Source: a bacterium
Lineage (GTDB): Bacteria; SAR324; XYD2-FULL-50-16
DNA: 64,000 bases
NCBI GenBank assembly: GCA_032250835.1
Contig: JAVVEA010000001.1
Coordinates: 256,001-320,000, forward strand
Direction of reading: 5' to 3'
The notes beneath the pieces are model-generated. The model was not told the origin of the DNA. It made no database searches and was given only the letters and a program-made list of their open reading frames with translations. The stretch's first letter is position 1. Each line of letters begins with the position of its first letter. Below are positions 58,186 to 64,000 of this stretch, piece after piece. Position numbers and translations under genes: made by a program.

Positions 58186-59659
58186 ACCTGCGATTGAGGC
58201 CGTAAACCCCCGCCACCAAAAGGCCCAACACCGCCAGTCGAGCCCCAGCGCTCCAGCCCAAATCCAAAGAAAATAGGAAATATTGGTTTAATTGGTCATT
58301 AAGAACCAACGACTGATGCCAGCCCTTTGAAACCAGATTGGCCCAGCCGTAGAGCCAAGCCTCCCCCCATAGCCCTCCAAAGGGAGCCCCCAAAAGGCTC
58401 CAGCCCAAAGCCAACAGGTAGCTAGGCAGCACCACCCAAGCCACGGCGGAGATATGCACCAAATTATTCAGCGGCGAAAGCACCGAGTGCTGGTGGATGA
58501 TCCGTTCGAGCACCACTAAGTTAAAGACAAAGAGCCAAGCGCTAATCGCCAAACTGCTCCAGGCCATTAGTTTAAAGTTTTGGGCCCAACTGCGGCGGCG
58601 TCCAGGCCGCGGCAGATAGGGCGCAATCAGCAAGATCCCAGCGACCGACAAAAAGGACAGCTGAAAACTCAACTGAGCGATAGCCCAGGGTTCGCTAAGC
58701 AAAATCATCTGCCCCACACCACCTAAAATCAACCACAGCGGTTGGCGGTGGTAAAAATGTTTGAGCAGCGCCCACCAAGCCACCATCATCCAGGCCCGCT
58801 CGGCGGACACCGGCAGGCCGATCATCAGCAAATAGGCCCAAACTAGACCTAGGCTTAAGCCATCGGCCCAAGCCAACACTCGGCCATCCTCAACCCAGTG
58901 GTGGGGCAAAGAGAGCAGGAACCGGCAGATAAAGTTAACCCACAAAAAAATGATCCCCGTGTGCATCCCGCTAATGGCCAGGAGATGGGCAATGCCCAAC
59001 TCGCGGAAGATCCGTTTTTGGTCCCGGCCCAGGCTGCTTCGGTCAGCCGTCGCCAGGGCTTTTAGGTAGCTATAGGCCGAGGGGCTCAGGTAATACCGCG
59101 CTTTGGCTTGCAGGTACAACAACAACCATGAGCGGTTCTCAATCGCCGCTTGGCGGCTTAGGTTACTGGCTTTAGGTGAAGTCTGCGAATCCAGATAGCC
59201 ACCCCAATATCCCGCTGGGTCAAACTTATCTAAGCGGATTTCAAGGCGGTCTCCCTCTAAAAACCAGCCCCCCAACCGCTCCTCTTGAGGCCAAGTGATC
59301 CGGGCCCAGGCGAGCTGGTGGCGGTGCCCATCGCAGTCGATTTGGGGCCGCAAGAAGTCGAGGTGCCCGGCGCCTGGTAAAGGCCGCTCTTTAGCATAGC
59401 CACTAAGCGTGACCGGGCCCAGACACTGAGGCGCAGCAGAATCGAGCAACCAAGAGGCATTAGAAAAGACCAGCCAGCCCAGGCAGAGCGAACCAAAGAA
59501 ACGCCAGCTCGGCCTAAAGAGGGCCAGGAGGCAAAGCAAGAATTGCAGAGACAACAACAGCAACCAGAACCAAGGGGTCGCCAGCAAATAGAGCCCCTGG
59601 ACCAAAAAAAGGGCTCCCAAAAAAAACAAGGGGCTGCGCCCGAAGCTCACGGAACCCAA
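58166..59659 (-). CDS. comEC: ComEC/Rec2-family competence membrane protein
   Basis: LGIAHLLAISGMH, SAERA..M, SFQLSF. Confidence 0.82.
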   Translation of the reverse strand: MGSVSFGRSPLFFLGALFLVQGLYLLATPWFWLLLLSLQFLLCLLALFRPSWRFFGSLCLGWLVFSNASWLLDSAAPQCLGPVTLSGYAKERPLPGAGHLDFLRPQIDCDGHRHQLAWARITWPQEERLGGWFLEGDRLEIRLDKFDPAGYWGGYLDSQTSPKASNLSRQAAIENRSWLLLYLQAKARYYLSPSAYSYLKALATADRSSLGRDQKRIFRELGIAHLLAISGMHTGIIFLWVNFICRFLLSLPHHWVEDGRVLAWADGLSLGLVWAYLLMIGLPVSAERAWMMVAWWALLKHFYHRQPLWLILGGVGQMILLSEPWAIAQLSFQLSFLSVAGILLIAPYLPRPGRRRSWAQNFKLMAWSSLAISAWLFVFNLVVLERIIHQHSVLSPLNNLVHISAVAWVVLPSYLLALGWSLLGAPFGGLWGEAWLYGWANLVSKGWHQSLVLNDQLNQYFLFSLDLGWSAGARLAVLGLLVAGVYGLNRRFTRRNA

Positions 59660-61026
59660 TGGAGACTTAAGGACCTAGGTCCAGCTAAATGACCTCGACA
59701 AATCCAGAAGGCCAAGTCTTCAAGGTGGCGCATGGCTTCGCGCCCAGCATATTTAAGGGCCAAGTCGCGGTTGCTCATTTCGATCAGGATGTTTTCTAAT
59801 TCTTGGTGGTCAAATCCCCGGGCTTGGCCGATCATCTGCTTTAAGATCCAAGGATTGATTTTGAGGCGCTCGGCAATGGCTTTTTCATGTAGGTCCGCGT
59901 CGAGCAGCCAACGAACCTTAAGCAAGCGCCGAAATTGGCTGGCGATCAACCCAAAGAGGGGCACCGCCTCGGCGTGGCTTTCGCTCAACAAAGATTCGAT
60001 GGATTCCACGGCGTTTTTCAGGTCCCGTTGGGCCAAAAACTGGCCCACCAAAAAGATGCTGAATCGTTTTGAATGGCCTACCTTTTCAATCAAATCTTGC
60101 GGCGTAGGCCGGGCATCCCGGCCCAAAGCCAGGACCAACTTTTCTAATTCATGGTCCAAATTGGTCAACTCGGCACCGGCAATCTCGATCAACAACTCAG
60201 CGGTACCGGCGTCTAACTGCAACCCCTTGTCTCTAGCGCGCCCCACCACCCAGCCGACGGGCTTGAAGTCGTCATAAGAAACGGTCAATTTCTTGACCTT
60301 GCCGCTGGTTTTGATGGCTTTTAGTAAAGCCTTCGGCAGTTCGTCTTCCTTTTTGATGTGAGCACTCAACAGAAAATCCACCCCCTCGGGCGGGTCTTCC
60401 AAATAGGCCAAAAGCACCTTCACAAAGCCCTGGCTATCCCCTAGCTCCTCACAAACCAGCGATTCAGGGGCCTCAAACACCACCTTCGACTTAAGCCGCT
60501 GGGAGAGAAATTCTTCGACCGCTATGGGTTCAGCGCTGTCGCCTTGGGCTAGCCAGATATTTTTGCCCTTAAAGCCCGGTGAAAGCTCCAAGTAAAACTT
60601 ACCGGATTCGATGGGGAAGATCGAATCTAGCAGTTGCTTGGCCGTCATGTGATGGTGCCCTTGGGGGCGCTCGGCCAGGCTGGCTCCTTCAAACCACCCC
60701 TGTCCCTCTTTTAAAGGCATTTTAAAGAGGTGGATGGCCGCCAGTTCTTGGTCGATTTTTTCTAGGGGGGAGCGCCTTTTAGGTAGCTTTTCGAGATGCT
60801 TGATCCAAACCATCTTCTTGACGCTAAAGAAACTGACCGTTTCTACGGCGTTGCGGAAGTCTTGGATGCGGTTGGTCAGACTGCGTTGGTCGGCTTTGAT
60901 GAAGTCGCTACAGTCGTAGCGGAAGAGGCCCTCCTCACGCTCGCTTTCGGCCAAAGCCGAAGCGACCGCCTTGAGCCCCTCTTCTTCCAATTCTAAGTCC
61001 TGATTGCCGAACAGTAGCGTGATCAC
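59647..61026 (-). CDS. holA: DNA polymerase III delta subunit with internal insertion
   Basis: LLFG, VETVSFFS.KKMVWIK, LLAYLEDPP, ELEKL, FSIF, RDLALK; 459 aa. Confidence 0.8.
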   Translation of the reverse strand: MITLLFGNQDLELEEEGLKAVASALAESEREEGLFRYDCSDFIKADQRSLTNRIQDFRNAVETVSFFSVKKMVWIKHLEKLPKRRSPLEKIDQELAAIHLFKMPLKEGQGWFEGASLAERPQGHHHMTAKQLLDSIFPIESGKFYLELSPGFKGKNIWLAQGDSAEPIAVEEFLSQRLKSKVVFEAPESLVCEELGDSQGFVKVLLAYLEDPPEGVDFLLSAHIKKEDELPKALLKAIKTSGKVKKLTVSYDDFKPVGWVVGRARDKGLQLDAGTAELLIEIAGAELTNLDHELEKLVLALGRDARPTPQDLIEKVGHSKRFSIFLVGQFLAQRDLKNAVESIESLLSESHAEAVPLFGLIASQFRRLLKVRWLLDADLHEKAIAERLKINPWILKQMIGQARGFDHQELENILIEMSNRDLALKYAGREAMRHLEDLAFWICRGHLAGPRSLSLHWVP

Positions 61027-61145
61027 AAGGGTCTTTCGGTTTAAGCTTTGAGTGGACAGCCCGGCAGCATTGATTTAACCTAGGCCCCAAGAAATCTAAC
61101 CAATTTAAGGTAGATTGACCAGAGACAAAACCCAAGGAGCCCCCG

Positions 61146-61466
61146 GTGAAGGACAGCGAATTCGTCCAACGAACCCAAAAGATTTACGACCGCGTTTTTG
61201 ACGCCTTTGACGAGATCGACCCCGATCTAGCCGAAGCCGACGAATCCAGCGACAATGTGCGGATCACCTTCGCCAATGGCGTGGTCTTTGTGCTCAACCG
61301 ACAGCGCCCGCTGCATCAGGTCTGGTTAGCAACCAAAAAAAATGGCTACCATTTCAATTTAGATGAAGGTCAAGACGCCTGGATTTGCGACAAGACGGGC
61401 AAAGAACTCTTTAGCCTGCTCGCCGAGGAAATCTCAGGGCAACTCGGCAAACCCTTTAAAGTTTAA
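61146..61466 (+). CDS. cyaY: Frataxin-like iron donor CyaY
   Basis: MKDSEF, VLNRQRPLHQVWLATKKNGYHF, ELFSLL. Confidence 0.93.
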   Translation: MKDSEFVQRTQKIYDRVFDAFDEIDPDLAEADESSDNVRITFANGVVFVLNRQRPLHQVWLATKKNGYHFNLDEGQDAWICDKTGKELFSLLAEEISGQLGKPFKV

Positions 61467-61471
61467 TCCTC

Positions 61472-63337
61472 ATGGCCTTAGGGGGTAGCGGGCAAAGCCG
61501 CTTTGGCGGTATTGGTGAATCCCTGCTCGAAGCGCGCTTCGACCCCAGGGAAAAGGACCTCTTTGCCGAAAAATTGGCCGATGCAGACGCGCACGCAGTA
61601 CCTAAGTCTTACCCCATCCCCGTCCGGTTTGAGGCCAAGCTGGACCCCAAGGCCGAACAGGCAATCCGCAAGGTTACCTTGGCCTGCTTTGAGCAAGCCA
61701 GCGCCGTGGGCTTAGACCTCAAGCACCTACACCCGACCGTCGAGTTTTACGGCCCCCGCGAATGGGAGAAAAAAACCGGCGAATCCGCCTTGGAGCTAGA
61801 GTTACCCGCCGCTAAGTTGGATCAGTCCGGACGGTTCCCGGTGATCCAATTGATCCTACCCGAACGCATCCAAACCACTGAAGTGGTGGTGAAGACCGTT
61901 CGGTTGATGCTCTCCAAGCTCTTCGGCCACCTATTTTTTGGCGAAGCCGTCGCCGCCCGTGCGCCCTTCAGCTTGATACAAGACGATCTAGAGGAAATTA
62001 GCTTTGACTTTAAGGAAAAAGCCATCTTCCTGCGCTTTTTAGAAATCGCCCCGGCTCCCTTGGTGGCCGCCTTTGATCAAGAAGCCTTAAAGCAACAAAT
62101 CCGGGGGCCCAAGGCCCGTGAAATCGGCCGAAAAGAACTCTTTAAGGCCCTACTCAAAGACCCCGCTTCCAGGCCCCAAGTAGCCCAGTTGGTGCAAGCA
62201 CAATTTGAGCAACTGATCCGCGAATTGAAGGCCGATCCTACGACCACCTTCCTTCGCCTAAGCGGGCAAATGGACGCCGCCCTACCCAAAGGCGGGTTGA
62301 TCTTGCCCCACGAGAAACGTCACTTCGATTTTTTCAAACAGTCCCATCAGTGGAATCTTTTCCACGCCCTAGAAGACCGGTTGCAGTTGGTTTTGGGTTA
62401 TCTGGGGGAATTGAAGGAGTGTTACGACTGGACCCAAAAACTGATCGACCACCCCAATGAGCTGGACCCAGACCTTCTGCGGGCTTGGCGCAAGAGCTTA
62501 AAAGAGCGCAACCACCAGCTAAAGAAACGGGGTTTGGTTAAGCTTTATTTGATCGATGGGGCCCACCTAAACCGGCGACAACGTGGCGATCTGGTCCGGT
62601 TCCCGCTTTGGCTTTGGCAGCGGGGGTTGCTCGACCACCTCCCAACCGGGACCAGCCCAGAGAAGATGGTCGCCCGCCTAAAAGAACAATACCGCCACAG
62701 CCTCTATGCCAAGCTTTATGAAGCCGGCTTTCGCCTGTTGCAAGGTTTAGACAAAGTAGAGCAGACCGGCTCCACCTTGCATCTACGCGAACAGCCCCGC
62801 CTAAAGGCGCTCAGGTCTAGTTTAGGGTTGATCGAAGAGATCATTGAAGACCTGCTCAATACGGCGCGGATTGCGTCCAGGCTCGCCGGGGTAGCACGCC
62901 AAAAGCCGCAAAACAAAAAGTTGATTTTAAAGAACTATAGCGAAGGCTGGGCCTATTTTATATCCTTTGCTTTAGTACATCGTTTTTACCTGACCAATTC
63001 CAAAGAAGGCGAGCGAGCCGCCCAATTCCTTGGCTTGATCTCCGACTATACCAAAAGCCGGCTAGACCAAGAAGCGAGCTACCGAATCGCGGCGTTGCTC
63101 TTGGAGGTATACCGAAAAAAACATTTTGATCTGCGCCCGGTGATTGAGCTATTGACCAAAGACCATAAGATGCTCGACTTCTTCGCCACCAATCAATCCG
63201 AGTTGTTTTCCAAAAAGAAGGAAGAACCCAAAGATTTCATCGAAACCTACAGCGGCTTGGTGGACCAGTGGCAAAATGACCGTTTTGATAATTCCATCCA
63301 GCCCAACGAATTGGGCGGTTTTTCGGTCAAAGGTTAG
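61472..63337 (+). CDS. Hypothetical protein, 621 aa
   Basis: Long ORF 5 nt after cyaY; no motif recognised. Confidence 0.75.
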   Translation: MALGGSGQSRFGGIGESLLEARFDPREKDLFAEKLADADAHAVPKSYPIPVRFEAKLDPKAEQAIRKVTLACFEQASAVGLDLKHLHPTVEFYGPREWEKKTGESALELELPAAKLDQSGRFPVIQLILPERIQTTEVVVKTVRLMLSKLFGHLFFGEAVAARAPFSLIQDDLEEISFDFKEKAIFLRFLEIAPAPLVAAFDQEALKQQIRGPKAREIGRKELFKALLKDPASRPQVAQLVQAQFEQLIRELKADPTTTFLRLSGQMDAALPKGGLILPHEKRHFDFFKQSHQWNLFHALEDRLQLVLGYLGELKECYDWTQKLIDHPNELDPDLLRAWRKSLKERNHQLKKRGLVKLYLIDGAHLNRRQRGDLVRFPLWLWQRGLLDHLPTGTSPEKMVARLKEQYRHSLYAKLYEAGFRLLQGLDKVEQTGSTLHLREQPRLKALRSSLGLIEEIIEDLLNTARIASRLAGVARQKPQNKKLILKNYSEGWAYFISFALVHRFYLTNSKEGERAAQFLGLISDYTKSRLDQEASYRIAALLLEVYRKKHFDLRPVIELLTKDHKMLDFFATNQSELFSKKKEEPKDFIETYSGLVDQWQNDRFDNSIQPNELGGFSVKG

Positions 63338-63343
63338 CCAACG

Positions 63344-64000
63344 ATGCCCCTACTTCTTAAAAAGGCCATTCCCTGGGCTTTAAAGATAGGTTTAACCTTA
63401 TCCATCTTATGGTGGTTGATCACTCAAGACAAACTCAACCTAGAGCTTTTACAGCTCTTTTGGAGTGATCCCCTATTTTTGATCCTCTTAGCGGTCCAAA
63501 TGGCCATTTTTATTCCGCTCAATACCCTGCGCTGGCGTTTCTTTTTGAAGCCCCTCGGGTTAGAACAAAATTTTTGGCGGCTGCAACGGGTCACCTGGGT
63601 GGGTTTCTTTTTTAATACCGTCTTACCCGGCGCGGTCACCGGTGATCTGGTCAAAGCTATGTATGTGATCCAGCCCGGTGTAGCAGGACAAAAGACCTGT
63701 GCAGCGACCAGCTTAGTCTTAGACCGCTTTACCGGACTCTTTGGGTTGATTATCATGGCCGCCGGGGCTTTAACGCTGCATCCAAGTTGGTTGACCCAGG
63801 GCAGCAATATGTCCGGGCTCGCCTGGAGTGTTTTAGTGCTCTTTGGGGGTACCTTGCTGTTTTACGGTTTGGTGCTTTGGCGCTTTGAGGAGGGCCGCGA
63901 CCCAGTTTTACGCCTCTTCTCCAAACTACCCTTAGGTGAGCGTCTGGCAAGAATCTACAGCACCTTTAAGTCCTATGAGAACCATCCGGGCATTTTGGCC
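63344..64000 (+). CDS. Partial UPF0104 / lysylphosphatidylglycerol-synthase TM-like membrane protein
   Basis: Absent from the ORF track (runs off the right edge). Manual translation from ATG 63344: LRWRFFL...GFFFNTVLPGAVTGDLVK...LVLDRFTGL. Confidence 0.85.
   Translation, partial: MPLLLKKAIPWALKIGLTLSILWWLITQDKLNLELLQLFWSDPLFLILLAVQMAIFIPLNTLRWRFFLKPLGLEQNFWRLQRVTWVGFFFNTVLPGAVTGDLVKAMYVIQPGVAGQKTCAATSLVLDRFTGLFGLIIMAAGALTLHPSWLTQGSNMSGLAWSVLVLFGGTLLFYGLVLWRFEEGRDPVLRLFSKLPLGERLARIYSTFKSYENHPGILA

Noticed and set aside
60433..60774. Intein in holA
   Set aside because: No N-terminal Cys/Ser with a C-terminal His-Asn-[CST] signature.
63424..63950. Minus-strand ORFs at the right edge
   Set aside because: Antisense to the well-supported plus-strand UPF0104 gene.

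Overview
This is a gene-dense bacterial chromosomal window of moderately high GC. Gene content (fliW-csrA inside the flgKL operon, split gcvPA/gcvPB, sigma-54 and sigma-28 flagellar promoters) suggests a deltaproteobacterial or SAR324-like organism, which is inference only. In order it holds: (1) a partial FN3-like lipoprotein divergent from a 1833-aa signal-peptide TPR-CHAT protease; (2) two TerB-like genes flanking an N-terminal-only larC; (3) gcvT-H-PA-PB; (4) a divergent Phd/RelE-like toxin-antitoxin islet with a duplicated antitoxin; (5) housekeeping genes (M18 aminopeptidase, methyltransferase, thioesterase, rmuC, REC-PilZ, asd, cysK); (6) the flagellar cluster flgF-G-A-H-I-J-M-N-K-L-csrA-fliW; (7) a hybrid histidine kinase, an aldehyde dehydrogenase and two ferredoxins; (8) a ~13-kb corrinoid salvage and uptake cluster with two near-identical short (class-II-like) cobalamin riboswitches and an embedded DUF71/Dph6-like ATPase; (9) a PAP2 operon, an S8 protease-Hpt operon, a HAD phosphatase, a TPR protein, comEC, holA with a large insertion, cyaY, a hypothetical protein and a partial UPF0104 membrane protein. 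I found no CRISPR array, rRNA, tRNA, transposase or prophage. All calls come from reading motifs by eye; no searches were run.
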